Source: an uncultured delta proteobacterium
GTDB lineage: Bacteria > Myxococcota > Myxococcia > Myxococcales > Myxococcaceae
Assembly: GCA_963796055.1 (NCBI GenBank)
Contig: CAWCKH010000004.1
Coordinates: forward strand, 1,056,001 to 1,120,000
Length of the DNA: 64,000 nucleotides
Direction of reading: 5' to 3'
Shown here: one piece after another, positions 39,563 to 50,138 of the stretch
Numbering within the stretch: the stretch's first letter is position 1
Layout of the letters: each line of letters starts with the position of its first letter
The notes under the pieces: model-generated
The model's database searches: none
The model's input: the letters and a program-made list of their open reading frames with translations, nothing else
Told to the model about the DNA's origin: nothing
Translations under genes and position numbers: made by a program

Positions 39563-41121
39563 GCACGACTCCCATGACCTCGCTCGCGCGCCTCGCCCTC
39601 CTCGCCCCGGCCGCCCTTCTCGCCTGCGCGACCTCGAGCCCCCCCGCACCGGCGACGGCCAGCGCCTCCGCCGCGGCCCGCGCCGACGCCGGCGTGTCCG
39701 AGACCGGGACTCCGGACGCTCCGTTCCGTCAGGTGCTCCCCGAGCCCGCCGCGCCGGTGGAGTTCCAACCCCCGGTGGCGTCCGTCCAGAAGCTCAAGAA
39801 CGGGCTCACGGTCTGGATCGTCGAGCAACACCAGCTCCCGCTCGCCTCGGTGGAGCTGGTGGTCCGCGCCGGCGAGGACACCGATCCGCTGGGAAAGCCC
39901 GGCACGGCGAGCTTCGTCGCCGACATGCTGGACGAGGGCACCACCCTCCGCGACCCTCCGGCCATCGCCGCCGCGTTCGAGGACCAGGCGGCCCTGTTCC
40001 GGGCCCAGGCCGACAAGGACTCGCTGGTCGCGGCGGTGTCCTTCCCCTCCGGCTCGCTCGCCCCGGTGCTGGACGTCTTCAGTGACTGCGTGCTCCATCC
40101 GGCCTTCAAGAAGCCCGACCTGGAGCGGGTGCGCACCCTGCGGCTGGGGGACCTGGCGCAGCTGCAGGCGGACCCGGCGCAGATCGGCAGGACGGTGCTC
40201 AACCGCACCGTGTTCGGTGACAGCCATCCCTGGGCGTTCCCTCCCACCGGCACCGTCGCCTCGACCAAGGCCGCCCGGGGCGACCAGCTCGCCGCCTGGC
40301 ACCGGGCCTGGGTGCGGCCGAACAACGCGGTCCTGGTCGTCGTGGGTGACGTCCGCCCGGCGACACTGCTGACCGAGCTCGAGCGCCGCTTCGGCGGGTG
40401 GAAGGCGGCGGCGCTCCCCAGGCGGCGCTCGCTGGTGCCCGCCGCCCAGAAGGCGCCCCGGGCCGTGACCGTGGTGGACCGCCCGGGCGCGGCCCAGAGC
40501 CAGCTCTGGGTGGGTGAGCTCGGGGTGGGCGCCGGGAGTGCCGACCTCTACGCGGCGCAGGTGGCGTCCGTCGTGCTGGGCGGCGGCTTGAAGTCCCGGC
40601 TCAACGCCAATCTGCGCTCGAGCAAGGGCTACACCTACGGCGCCTACAGCTTCTTCGACGTGCGGCGCGAGCCCGGCCTGTTCATGGCCGCCGCACCGGT
40701 GGTCGCGGACAAGACGCCGGAGGCGCTCTGGGAGCTCCTGAGCGAGATCGACCGGCTGCGCGAGGGCGGCATCGACGCCACCGAGCTCGCCGACGCCAGG
40801 TCGGGCCTCATCCAGAGCCTGCCGGGAGAGTTCGACACCACCACCAGCACCGCGCGGGCCTTCGGGTGCCTGGTCTCGCTCGGGCGTCCGCCGGACTACT
40901 TCGCGCATTACGTGGAGAAGCTGCAGGCGGTTACCCTCGAGGACGTGGCCCGCGCCGCCCGCGCGCGCTTCAACGGCAAGACCCTGGCGATCGTCGTCGT
41001 CGGGCCGCTGGCCGAGCTCCGCCCTCGCCTCGAGGCCCTGGGCCTGGGTGCCATCGCAGTGCGCGACGCCACCGGCGACGCGGTGAAGGCGGCCCGCGCG
41101 GCGAAGTCCGGCCCGAACTGA
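39559..41121 (+). CDS. M16 peptidase, non-catalytic lipoprotein subunit
   Basis: LLAC lipobox; DMLDEG in place of HxxEH; SRLNANLRSSKGYTYG; ATGA overlap. Confidence 0.9.
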   Translation: MSTTPMTSLARLALLAPAALLACATSSPPAPATASASAAARADAGVSETGTPDAPFRQVLPEPAAPVEFQPPVASVQKLKNGLTVWIVEQHQLPLASVELVVRAGEDTDPLGKPGTASFVADMLDEGTTLRDPPAIAAAFEDQAALFRAQADKDSLVAAVSFPSGSLAPVLDVFSDCVLHPAFKKPDLERVRTLRLGDLAQLQADPAQIGRTVLNRTVFGDSHPWAFPPTGTVASTKAARGDQLAAWHRAWVRPNNAVLVVVGDVRPATLLTELERRFGGWKAAALPRRRSLVPAAQKAPRAVTVVDRPGAAQSQLWVGELGVGAGSADLYAAQVASVVLGGGLKSRLNANLRSSKGYTYGAYSFFDVRREPGLFMAAAPVVADKTPEALWELLSEIDRLREGGIDATELADARSGLIQSLPGEFDTTTSTARAFGCLVSLGRPPDYFAHYVEKLQAVTLEDVARAARARFNGKTLAIVVVGPLAELRPRLEALGLGAIAVRDATGDAVKAARAAKSGPN

Positions 41122-41254
41122 CGACCACGCCTGCTCGCTCGCCACCAGGTGGCGTCCCGCGTCATCCGCGCGCCCGAGCGCCTCATCGGTCTTGACTTCG
41201 TAATCAGTCCCGATCGAGATGCGCGGTTCCGGGGGTTCACGGAGGGGTCGTCGC

Positions 41255-44200
41255 ATGAAGAGAGTCGTCTGGGCCGCCCTCGCCGCGTCCGCGGCGTTGC
41301 TGGTCGGCTGCAACAGCCCGCACATCGCGCTGGCGCAGGACAACGCGGTCACCGTGCCGGTGGGCGGCACATTCTTCTTCTCCGGAGTGGTCCAGGACGC
41401 GAACGGACCCATCCTCTGGAACCTCGACGGTCCTGGCTCCATCTCCAGCCTCTCCGGCCTCACCACCACGTACACCGCCCCGTCGACCTACGACCCGAGC
41501 CTGAACAAGGCCACCCTGACGGCCTCGCTCGCCGACGCCCCCGACGAGAAGCAGGTCGTCGCGATCACCATCGCCAAGCCCAGCTCCTCGGTGGGCGGAA
41601 TCCCCGGCCTGGCCTCGACGGTGACCGTCACCTACGACGAGCGCGACATCCCCACCATCAACTGCACCAAGTCGGTGGACTGCTACGCGGTCCTGGGCTT
41701 CATCCACGCCCGCGACCGGTTCTTCCAGATGGACCTCTTCCGGCGGAGCGGCCGGGGAACCATCTCCGAGCTGGTCGGCGACGGCGGCCTGGAGCAGGAC
41801 CAGACGATCCGCACCCTCTTCACCAACCGGAAGGGCGAGTTCGTTCCCGAGGCGCTGGCCGCCTACAGCCGCACCGACGACTTCGTGGCCAGCCGGGTGA
41901 ACGCGTACACCGCGGGGGTGAACGCCTGGATCGCGACGCTCCGGGCCAACCCCTCTCTGCTCCCGGCCGCGTACGGTCAGCTCGTCTACCGGATCGACCC
42001 GACCAGCACCACGGACCTTCCGGACTGGAGTGACGTGGATACCGCCGCGGTCGCGCGGCTCCAGCAGTTCCTCCTCTCCGAGGACGTGGAGAAGGAGCAG
42101 GACTACGGGAACTTCGCTGCCACGTTCCTTCCCATCGACCCGCTCGCGGTCAAGCTCTGGATCCGCGCCCAGTCGCCCGTGGGCGCCTTCACGCTCGCCG
42201 GGACCGGGGCAGCCGAGGCCCCGAGCCTGAAGGCGGGCCCTCCAGCAGCGGAGGCGGTGAAGGTGACGGTGCCCGCGATCCGGGGGGCGGCCAAGCGCGT
42301 TGTTCCACTCCAGCTGCTGCGGGAGCTCTTCACCGACCCCGCGGGCTCCAACAACTGGGTCGTGGATGGCGCGCACTCCGCCACCGGCCAGGCCATCGTG
42401 GCCAACGACCCGCACCTGTCACTGACCTACCCAGCTAACTTCCACCTCTCCCACCTCATCGGTACGGAGGATCAGCTGAACGTGATGGGAGCGATCTTCC
42501 CCGGCGTCCCGACCACACTGATCGGTCGCGGGGCGCACGTGGGGTGGGGGGCCACGGTGGTCGGGTACGACGTCACCGACCTCTACGTCGAGCACGTGGT
42601 GGGCGTGCAGCAGGGCGTGCCCATCGTCGAGTTCAACGGGCAGCAGGTCCCGCTGACGGTCGTGCCGCAGGTGTACCGCTACCGCACCTCGGCCGGGCTG
42701 GCGACCCTGCCCAACCCCCAGCCGGTGCTGGTCTCTCCCAAGCACGGGCCGGTGGTCTTCTTCGATCAGACCAGCGGTCTACTGGTGAGCGCGCGCTGGA
42801 CGGGGCAGGAGACGCAGACCGACGACATCCGCGCGTTCCTCCGGCTGAACAACGCGGCGAGCGTGGACGACGCCCGCCGCGCGCTCGAGGGTGATTCCAA
42901 GCCGGACGGAGGCCGGTTTACCGGATACTGGGTGGGAGCGCAGAACTTCGTGCTCGCCGATGACCAGGGCAACATCGGTTACGTCCCTCACGCCTGTGTG
43001 CCGCAGCGTCCCTGGGCCGTCTCCGCGGGCTATCCGTATCCGGTGGTACCTGTTCCGGGGACCGGAACCTTCGAGTGGACCGCCGCCTCCGACGGCGGGA
43101 TCGCCTGTGTCCCGGACGAGCTTCTGCCGCGGGTGTTCCCGGCCGATGGAGGCACGGGGTCCGCGAAGGGGTATCTGGCCACCGCGAACTTCGATCCACT
43201 CGGGGCCTCGAAGGACAACAACCCTTACAACGACGGTGCCCACCCTGGAGGGGCTCCCTACCTGAGCTTCGACTGGACTGACCCGGTGGGCTTCCGCATC
43301 CAGCGGATCCAGGACGTGCTGGACGCCAAGACGGGCAGCGGCGGGAAGGTCGGCCTCCAGGACCTCCAGGCGCTCCAGTCGGATCACGTGCTCACCGCGG
43401 CCCGGCCCTTCGTTGAGTTCATGGCTGCCCATGTGGGCGAGACGTCGGATCCGAACGCCCAGGCCGCCATCGCCTTCCTCGGCGACTGGGGCGGAGCCGA
43501 CGCGGGGATTCCCTTCGACTGCCCGACCGGGCTGGTGGCCGGAGCGCTCGATCCGCTGTCCCCTGCCGACCCCGACCCGGCCAACAGCGACAACTCCGCG
43601 CGCTGCCTGCTGTTCCACACCTTCCTCCGTCGCGTGCTCGAGACGACGTTCGCCGACGAGGCAGCGGCGGCGGGAATCTCCCGGGACCCGGGTATCGAGG
43701 TCCGGGCGCTCGTCACGCTGCTCACCAACACCACCGACCCGGTGGTCCAGGCGGCGAAGGCCAGCAACTCGCTCTGCAGCGACGTCGATGCCACCGGGCA
43801 CAAGGTCAAGGACCGGACCTGTGCCTCCCAGGTGCTCGATGCCATCGGCTGGGCCTACGGGAAGCTCACCAGCGTCTACGGAGCGAGGACCAGCTGGCGC
43901 TGGGGGCAGGTGCACACCGTGACCTTCAAGTTCGCGGTCAGCGGGTATCCGCTCGTCGACCCGGCGTTCCAGCCTGGACCGTACCCGCGGCCCGGCGGCG
44001 CGTGGACGGTGGACGTGGGAAGCCCTGCGGCGAGCACCTCAGCCCAGCTTTCGTTCCCTTACGGCTCGGGCGGGAATGTCCGCTGGCTGTCGGCCATGGA
44101 CGGCACCGTCGCCGACACCTTCATGCAGCTCCCGGGCGTGGAGAGCGGCGGGCCATACCCGTTCGGAAAGTCGACGATGCTGACCGACTGGGTGCAGAAC

Positions 44201-44269
44201 AAGTACTTCAACTTCCCGTTCGAGCCAGCCGACGTCACCTCGGTCCGGAGCGAGACCTTCACACCCTGA
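41255..44269 (+). CDS. Penicillin acylase family (Ntn hydrolase) lipoprotein
   Basis: LVGC lipobox; HARDRFFQMD, GSNNW and ANDPHL motifs. Confidence 0.93.
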   Translation: MKRVVWAALAASAALLVGCNSPHIALAQDNAVTVPVGGTFFFSGVVQDANGPILWNLDGPGSISSLSGLTTTYTAPSTYDPSLNKATLTASLADAPDEKQVVAITIAKPSSSVGGIPGLASTVTVTYDERDIPTINCTKSVDCYAVLGFIHARDRFFQMDLFRRSGRGTISELVGDGGLEQDQTIRTLFTNRKGEFVPEALAAYSRTDDFVASRVNAYTAGVNAWIATLRANPSLLPAAYGQLVYRIDPTSTTDLPDWSDVDTAAVARLQQFLLSEDVEKEQDYGNFAATFLPIDPLAVKLWIRAQSPVGAFTLAGTGAAEAPSLKAGPPAAEAVKVTVPAIRGAAKRVVPLQLLRELFTDPAGSNNWVVDGAHSATGQAIVANDPHLSLTYPANFHLSHLIGTEDQLNVMGAIFPGVPTTLIGRGAHVGWGATVVGYDVTDLYVEHVVGVQQGVPIVEFNGQQVPLTVVPQVYRYRTSAGLATLPNPQPVLVSPKHGPVVFFDQTSGLLVSARWTGQETQTDDIRAFLRLNNAASVDDARRALEGDSKPDGGRFTGYWVGAQNFVLADDQGNIGYVPHACVPQRPWAVSAGYPYPVVPVPGTGTFEWTAASDGGIACVPDELLPRVFPADGGTGSAKGYLATANFDPLGASKDNNPYNDGAHPGGAPYLSFDWTDPVGFRIQRIQDVLDAKTGSGGKVGLQDLQALQSDHVLTAARPFVEFMAAHVGETSDPNAQAAIAFLGDWGGADAGIPFDCPTGLVAGALDPLSPADPDPANSDNSARCLLFHTFLRRVLETTFADEAAAAGISRDPGIEVRALVTLLTNTTDPVVQAAKASNSLCSDVDATGHKVKDRTCASQVLDAIGWAYGKLTSVYGARTSWRWGQVHTVTFKFAVSGYPLVDPAFQPGPYPRPGGAWTVDVGSPAASTSAQLSFPYGSGGNVRWLSAMDGTVADTFMQLPGVESGGPYPFGKSTMLTDWVQNKYFNFPFEPADVTSVRSETFTP

Positions 44270-44361
44270 GCCGGTGAACCGGCCGGGTCGTCCTCACCTC
44301 TGCGTCCGCACGCCGCGGGCACCCGTCATCCACTTCGGAGTAGAAGAGCCGGCGACACGCC

Positions 44362-45603
44362 ATGCAGCCCGTCGACGTCTCGTGGCTGGTCCGGCTCCGC
44401 TGGGCCGCCGCCGTCCTCTTCCTCCTCCTCGCCCTGGCCGCCGGGTCGGTGTTCCACATCCCGGTGCCGCCGCTGGCGGTGGGCGTGGTGTGGGCGGCGC
44501 AGGTGGCGAGCAACGTCGCCCTCGCCCTCCGGGTGCGGCACCACCGGACGGTGCACACCAGCACCGTCGCCGCGCTGATGGCCCTGGACACCCTCTTGTT
44601 GACCGTGCTGCTCGCGCTGAGCGGCGGGCCGAGCAACCCCTTCAGCGTGCTGTACCTGGTGGACGTGGCGCTGGGCGCGGTGGTCCTCACCCCCGGGCTG
44701 ACCTGGGCGCTGCTGGGCCTGGTGCTCCTCTGCTTCGGCTCGCTCTTCCTCCCCATGCCCTGGAGCCCAGGCGCTGCGCTCGGACACGCCGAGCTGATGC
44801 AGCTGCACCTCCGCGGGATGTGGGTCGCCTTCGCGCTCGCCGGCTGCACCCTGGTGGCCTTCGTGCTCCGCGTGCGCCGTGCGCTGGCCGACCGGGAGAC
44901 GGAGCTCGGCCGCGAGCGGGAGCGGGCCGGACGCCGGGACCGCCTGGCCTCCCTGGCCACCCTCGCCGCGGGCACCGCCCACGCGCTGGGCTCGCCGCTC
45001 TCCACCATCGCCGTGGCCGCGCACGAGCTCGAGCGACGGCTCCAGTCGCTCCCCGAGGCTGCCGAGGACGCGCGGCTCATCCAGCTCCAGATTTCCCGCT
45101 GCCGGGAGGCGCTGGCCCGGATGTCCGCCGAGGCCGGACAATCCCCGGGGGAGATGCTCCACCCCCGCCCGGTCTCGCTGCTCCTCGAGGAGGCGCTGGA
45201 GGGCCTTCCCGAGCCCGAGCGGGTCAAGGTCGAGCTGCAGGAGGGCGTGCGCGACGCCACCGCCGCCCTTCCGGTCCGTGCGGTGGGTCAGAGCGTCCAG
45301 GCGCTGGTGCGCAACGCGCTCCAGGCCTCGCCCGCCGGCGTCCCGGTGCACCTCCGCCTCGGTCTGGAGGGAGACCGCCTACGGGTCGAGGTCGAGGACC
45401 GGGGCGAGGGCATGGCGCCCGAGGTGCTGGCCCGCGCCGGCGAGCCCTTCTTCAGCACCCGCGGCTCGGGACACGGGCTGGGCCTCGGGCTGTTCGTCGC
45501 CCGCAGCCTCGCCGAGCAGCTGGGGGGCGACCTGAGCCTGGTCTCGGCGCCCGCGCGGGGCACGCGCGCCCGGCTCACCGTCCCGCTGGTGCCCGCCTCA
45601 TGA
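44362..45603 (+). CDS. regB: RegB/PrrB-like sensor kinase
   Basis: WLVRLRW, GGPSNPF quinone-site motif, AHALGSPL H-box, SRCRE Cys. Confidence 0.88.
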   Translation: MQPVDVSWLVRLRWAAAVLFLLLALAAGSVFHIPVPPLAVGVVWAAQVASNVALALRVRHHRTVHTSTVAALMALDTLLLTVLLALSGGPSNPFSVLYLVDVALGAVVLTPGLTWALLGLVLLCFGSLFLPMPWSPGAALGHAELMQLHLRGMWVAFALAGCTLVAFVLRVRRALADRETELGRERERAGRRDRLASLATLAAGTAHALGSPLSTIAVAAHELERRLQSLPEAAEDARLIQLQISRCREALARMSAEAGQSPGEMLHPRPVSLLLEEALEGLPEPERVKVELQEGVRDATAALPVRAVGQSVQALVRNALQASPAGVPVHLRLGLEGDRLRVEVEDRGEGMAPEVLARAGEPFFSTRGSGHGLGLGLFVARSLAEQLGGDLSLVSAPARGTRARLTVPLVPAS

Positions 45604-46139
45604 CCTCGCTCTCGTTCCTCCTGGTGGACGACGACGAGAACTTCCGTGAGCGGATGGCGCGGGCGCTCCGGGACCGCGGCCACGAGGTCCGCACCGCCGG
45701 GAGCCCCGAGGTGGCGGTACGGCTCGCCAGCGAGGATTCGCCCGAGTGCGCGGTGGTGGACCTGCGGATGCCCGGCGGCAGCGGGCTGGACGTGGTCTCC
45801 GCGCTCCGGTCCATCGACCCGGCGACCACGGTGGTGGTCCTCACCGGGTACGGCAGCATCGCCACTGCGCTGGAGGCGGTGCGCCGCGGAGCGCTGCACT
45901 ACCTCCAGAAGCCGGTGGACGCCGACGAGCTGCTCGCCGCCTTCGCCCGCGGGGGCACGCTCCCGGCCGAGGAGATTCCCCCGGAGCCTGCGGCGCCCTC
46001 GCTGGCCCGCGCCGAGTGGGAGCACATCCAGCGGGTGCTCGCCGACTCGGGAGGGAACATCTCCGAGGCCGCCCGCCGGCTGGGGCTGCACAGAAAGTCG
46101 CTCCAGCGGAAGCTCCAGAAGCACCCCCCGCGGCGATGA
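45600..46139 (+). CDS. regA: RegA/PrrA-like response regulator
   Basis: LTGYGSIATA and EWEHIQRVL...NISEAARRLGLHRKSLQRKL motifs; ATGA overlap. Confidence 0.92.
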   Translation: MTSLSFLLVDDDENFRERMARALRDRGHEVRTAGSPEVAVRLASEDSPECAVVDLRMPGGSGLDVVSALRSIDPATTVVVLTGYGSIATALEAVRRGALHYLQKPVDADELLAAFARGGTLPAEEIPPEPAAPSLARAEWEHIQRVLADSGGNISEAARRLGLHRKSLQRKLQKHPPRR

Positions 46140-46145
46140 GCGCGT

Positions 46146-47066
46146 TCAGTTCAGCACGAACTGCAGGCTCGCCGTCGCGGTGACGCCCACCGTCTGCTCC
46201 CCGAAGAGGTGCGTGGCAAACGGCACCTGCACCTGCGCCAGCAGCCACATGGGCCCGGCGATGTTCCAGGCGATGCCGGGAACCGCGGACACCACCAGGC
46301 CGCCGGTGTTTTCTTGAAGGACGCCCTCGGAGCGGTCGCGCCACGCGTAGCGTCCGTCGAGCCCCAGCTGCAATGCGAGCGGCTGGAGGACGCGGAAGCG
46401 CAGTTGCGCGCTCCACAGCACCGCGTCCCCAAACCGGTAGCCGTAGCTGTTGGTCGTCCGGAAACGCCCGGTCACCGAGAGGAAGAAGTTCCACGGGTCC
46501 TGGTGGAATGCGTACAGCGCGCCCACGTACGGACCCCAGGCACCAGTCCCGAGCTGGGCGTGCTGGTCGATCCGCTCGCCGTCCGCCGTCGTCTTGTCGT
46601 CCGGGCCGGTGGGGAACGAGGTGCCGACGGTCAACGCCAGGTTCTGCCGTCGCTGGGCCTGGATGCTCGTCGCGTCCCAGACGAACACCCGGGCCCCGAG
46701 GTCCACGTCCCCGAGCCCCGTCGGCACCGCGGTCTCTGGCTCGGCGGTGGGGGTGCCGGAGAGCGCCCAGTCCTTGCGGACCAGCGGGACCTGGAGCACC
46801 AGGTTCATCCAGCGCAGCGGGCTGAAGACGACCACCGGACGGAGCGTCATCTGGGTGAGCGACTCGGTCCGGTCCGGCTCGTCGTCGCTCCGGGCCGTCG
46901 CGGTCAGGTACTCGTACTCCAGCGCGAACCGGAACGTGCCGGCCACCGGCATCGAGTCCCCCGCCAGCACCAGTGGATCTCCGCACCCGCAGACCGAGCA
47001 GGCGCGCGCCGCGGCGGGGACGAAGAGGACGCTCGATCCCAGAGCGAGGGCGGCGAACCGGAGCAT
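46146..47066 (-). CDS. Outer-membrane beta-barrel (MetA-pathway/transporter-like) with N-terminal CxxCGC
   Basis: Signal peptide ending ARA-CSVCGCG; GLGDV, FPTG and QLGTG motifs. Confidence 0.75.
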   Translation of the reverse strand: MLRFAALALGSSVLFVPAAARACSVCGCGDPLVLAGDSMPVAGTFRFALEYEYLTATARSDDEPDRTESLTQMTLRPVVVFSPLRWMNLVLQVPLVRKDWALSGTPTAEPETAVPTGLGDVDLGARVFVWDATSIQAQRRQNLALTVGTSFPTGPDDKTTADGERIDQHAQLGTGAWGPYVGALYAFHQDPWNFFLSVTGRFRTTNSYGYRFGDAVLWSAQLRFRVLQPLALQLGLDGRYAWRDRSEGVLQENTGGLVVSAVPGIAWNIAGPMWLLAQVQVPFATHLFGEQTVGVTATASLQFVLN

Positions 47067-47104
47067 CTGGCCGCCGATTTAGCGTTCCCGCCACCCCCGC
47101 ACCC

Positions 47105-47121
47105 TGCGGCAAAGCGCCGCA
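47105..47121. promoter_or_regulatory. Putative RegA/RegR box
   Basis: TGCGGC-N5-GCCGCA inverted repeat about 40 bp upstream of the beta-barrel start. Confidence 0.5.
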
Positions 47122-47184
47122 CGAGATGGCGTCAGGAGCGTCGAGGTGGCCCCACGATGGCCACCGGCGAGTTCCGGACTCGGC

Positions 47185-48722
47185 TCACCGCCGGTGGCGC
47201 CCCAGCACCCGGAGCACCGCGCCGATCAGGTCCACCGAGTCCACGGGACGGGTCAGCTCGGCGTCGTAACCCTCGCGGCGGGCCCGGGCACGCTCTGCGG
47301 GCCGCGATGCATCCACCATGCGCCACGGCACGCAGCGCCAGGCCCGCCACACCCCGCACCTGCGCGAGCAGCCCGCGGGTGGGGTCGCCGAAGGCCATCT
47401 GTCCACTGACCAGCACGTCCGGCCGCGCCGCCCGGGCGTGCGCCAGGGCCTGGCCCGGGTCCGAGAGGTCCACCTCCGCCCCGGCACGGGCGAGCGCGGT
47501 GGCCATCAGCTGTCCGGCGGAGCGCTCCTCGGGCACCAGCAGCACCCGCACCCCGGCCAGCGGCAGCTGCGCGGGCGCCGCCACCGCGGCCATCGCCGGC
47601 ACCCCCTCCTGCGCCGGCGCGGGCACCGAGAGCCGGAACGTCGCTCCGCGGCCGGTGCCGCTCTCCACCGCCAGGCGTTCCCCCGTGGAGGGCGGTGAGC
47701 CTGCGGGCGATGGACAGCCCGAGCCCCAGCCCGCTCCCGCGCTGCTCGTCCTCCGTGCCCTTCCAGAACGGCTCGAACACATGGGGCAGCGCGTCGGGCG
47801 GAATGCCGGGGCCGGCGTCGCTGACCTCGAGCGCCACCCCGCCGTCCGCCCGCCGCATCCGGACCAGCACCGTGGCCCCCGGGGGCGAGTACTTGATGGC
47901 GTTGGAGAGCAGGTTCCACATCACCTGCGTCAACCGGCCCGGGTCGCCGTACAGCGCCGGCAGGTCCGGGGCCATCTCCATGTCGAGGTAGACCTCGCGG
48001 TCCTCCGCCTCGGGCTGCACCGTCTCCACCGCGTCGCGCAGCACCGCGCCCGGGTTCACCCACTCGCGCTTGAGGACCAGCTTCCCCCGCGCCATCCGCT
48101 CGGCGTCCAGCAGGTCGTCCACCAGCCGCGCCTGGGCGCGGGCGTTGCGGAGGATGGCGGTGATGGCCCGCTCCACCGTGTCCGGGTCCGAACGACGGGC
48201 CTGCAGCGACCTCGCCCAGCCGAGGATCGCGGTCAGCGGCGTCTTGAGATCGTGCGCTACCGCGGCCACCGCGAGGTTGCCGCGCAGCGCGCCCTCGGCC
48301 TGCTCGCGCGCCGACTGCGCCTCCGCCAGCACCTCCAGCTGCGCCCGCTCGGTCATGCGCCGGGTGGTGACGTCCAGCACCAGAGCGGCGAGGCCACGCG
48401 CGCGGCCGGCCGAGTCCACCAGGGGCCGCCCGTACCAGGCATGCCACCGGAGCGCCCCGTCGAGGTGGATGCACGGGTACTCGAAGTCGTGGATTCCCCG
48501 GTCCGAGAGCGCACGCCAGAGCGTGTTCCAAACCCGCTCGCGCTCGTCGGCCTGCACGTGCTCGAGGAAGGCGTCCACGGTGCGCGGCACCGTGCCGAAC
48601 AGCGACTCGGCCCGATCCGTCCAGCTGATGCGCCCGCTCTGGAAGTCGTACTCGCAGCTGGCGAACACCGCTGCCGTCGGCAGCGGGCCCGTCTCGATGC
48701 GCTCGCTGTCCGATGGGTTCAC
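47185..48722 (-). pseudogene. PAS hybrid histidine kinase with two +1 frameshifts and a degenerate receiver
   Basis: AHDLKTPL, NAIKY and GLGL in one frame; LAVESG..GATF resumes after one extra base near 47675; receiver tail resumes after one extra base near 47320. Confidence 0.8.
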
Positions 48723-48939
48723 CGGAAAAGCACCTCTCGGCTGGAAGCCCCAGGCGCCGACCGGCAACAAGAACCACGAGTGAAGAGGCGGCCGGCGCGG
48801 TGCCGCCTGTAAGACACCCTACCGCGCGGTTCGCGCGGCGCGCCATGGCGGGTCTCGCACACCCCGTCTCAGCGTGGGGCCGAGTCAACACCTACCGGTG
48901 GCGAGTCAGACCGACCTCGCCACCGACCAGAGCGGAATC

Positions 48940-49776
48940 TTACGGCTTGGGCTTCTCGAGGATGACCTCGACCCGGCGGTTCTTGGCCCGCCCGGCAGAG
49001 GTCTTGTTGTCGGCGACCGGACGGTCCTGGCCGATGCCCACCGTGCGGATCTGATTCGCCGGAATGCCGTCCTCCACCAGGTACTTCCGCACGGTCTCGG
49101 CCCGGGCCTGGCTGAGGGTCATGTTCGTCTCGGGCTTGCCGGTGCTGTCGGTGTGGCCCTCGATCAGGATGGTGCGCTGGGTACCCTTGAGCGCGTCGGC
49201 CACGACCTTCAGCCGGTCAACGGCGACCTTCTGCAGATTCGACTTGCCGGTCTTGAAGGGAATTCCGCCGGCGAGGGTGATGATGGTGCCGCGCTCGTCC
49301 TCCTTCACGTCGGCGAACTTCTGCATCCGCAGGCGCGCCATCTCGGCCTCGTGGGCGGCGCGCTCCGCCTCGGCCCGGGCCGCGGCGTCGTTGGCCGCCG
49401 CGCCCTTCTCGTCCCACTCCTTCTGGAGCCCGGCCAGCTCCCACTCCTTGGCGCGCCGATCGGCGTCGGCCTTCGCCGCCGCCGCCGCCTTGTCGGCGAC
49501 CTCCGCCTTGTACAGGGCCTCCTTGGCCAGGTCGCGCTCGCGCGAGGGGTCCTTGCCGTAGTCGAAGGAGGCCTGCGCATCCTGCGCGGACTGCGCGGTG
49601 CCAATGGCCGTCTTCGCGTCGCCGAACTCCTTCGGGAACTTCTTCGGGTCCCCGGTCTTTTGCGCGTGGGCGTAGGTCTCCTTCGCCTTCGCCAGGTCGG
49701 GGTAGGTGAATGGCGCCGAGCAGCCCGCGGACGCCAGCGCCAGGACAACGGTGAGCTTCGTCAGTCGCATGGTCAT
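48940..49776 (-). CDS. OmpA-family lipoprotein
   Basis: SAGC lipobox; EGHTD, LSQARA and NRRVE motifs. Confidence 0.93.
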   Translation of the reverse strand: MTMRLTKLTVVLALASAGCSAPFTYPDLAKAKETYAHAQKTGDPKKFPKEFGDAKTAIGTAQSAQDAQASFDYGKDPSRERDLAKEALYKAEVADKAAAAAKADADRRAKEWELAGLQKEWDEKGAAANDAAARAEAERAAHEAEMARLRMQKFADVKEDERGTIITLAGGIPFKTGKSNLQKVAVDRLKVVADALKGTQRTILIEGHTDSTGKPETNMTLSQARAETVRKYLVEDGIPANQIRTVGIGQDRPVADNKTSAGRAKNRRVEVILEKPKP

Positions 49777-49787
49777 CCCTCTCCCTT

Positions 49788-50138
49788 TCACTTGCCCAGC
49801 TTGGTCTTGAGGTCGGCGATCTGCGCGTCGAGCTCCTTGACCTTGGCGAGGTTGTTGGCCTCGGTGGCGTGCATCTTCGCGTCGTCCGCGGCAGCGCTGG
49901 CCAGCGAGAGCTGGGTGACGGCCGCGGAGTTGTCGCCCTTCTTGATCAGGTCCTGCGCGCTGGCCAGGTACTTCTCCGCCTGGGCCAGCAGCTCGCTCGC
50001 CTTCGGGTCGTTCGCCGCGCCGGCGGCCTTGGCGGCGTCGATGGCGGAAGTGGCGGCTTTCAGCTTCGGCGACGGGTCGACTGTGGAGCAGCCCACGGCG
50101 GCCGCCCCCAACGCGATCACGGCAACGATTCGACGCAT
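49788..50138 (-). CDS. DUF4398-like lipoprotein
   Basis: AVGC lipobox, helical, AAKAAGA motif; usual partner upstream of OmpA proteins. Confidence 0.75.
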   Translation of the reverse strand: MRRIVAVIALGAAAVGCSTVDPSPKLKAATSAIDAAKAAGAANDPKASELLAQAEKYLASAQDLIKKGDNSAAVTQLSLASAAADDAKMHATEANNLAKVKELDAQIADLKTKLGK

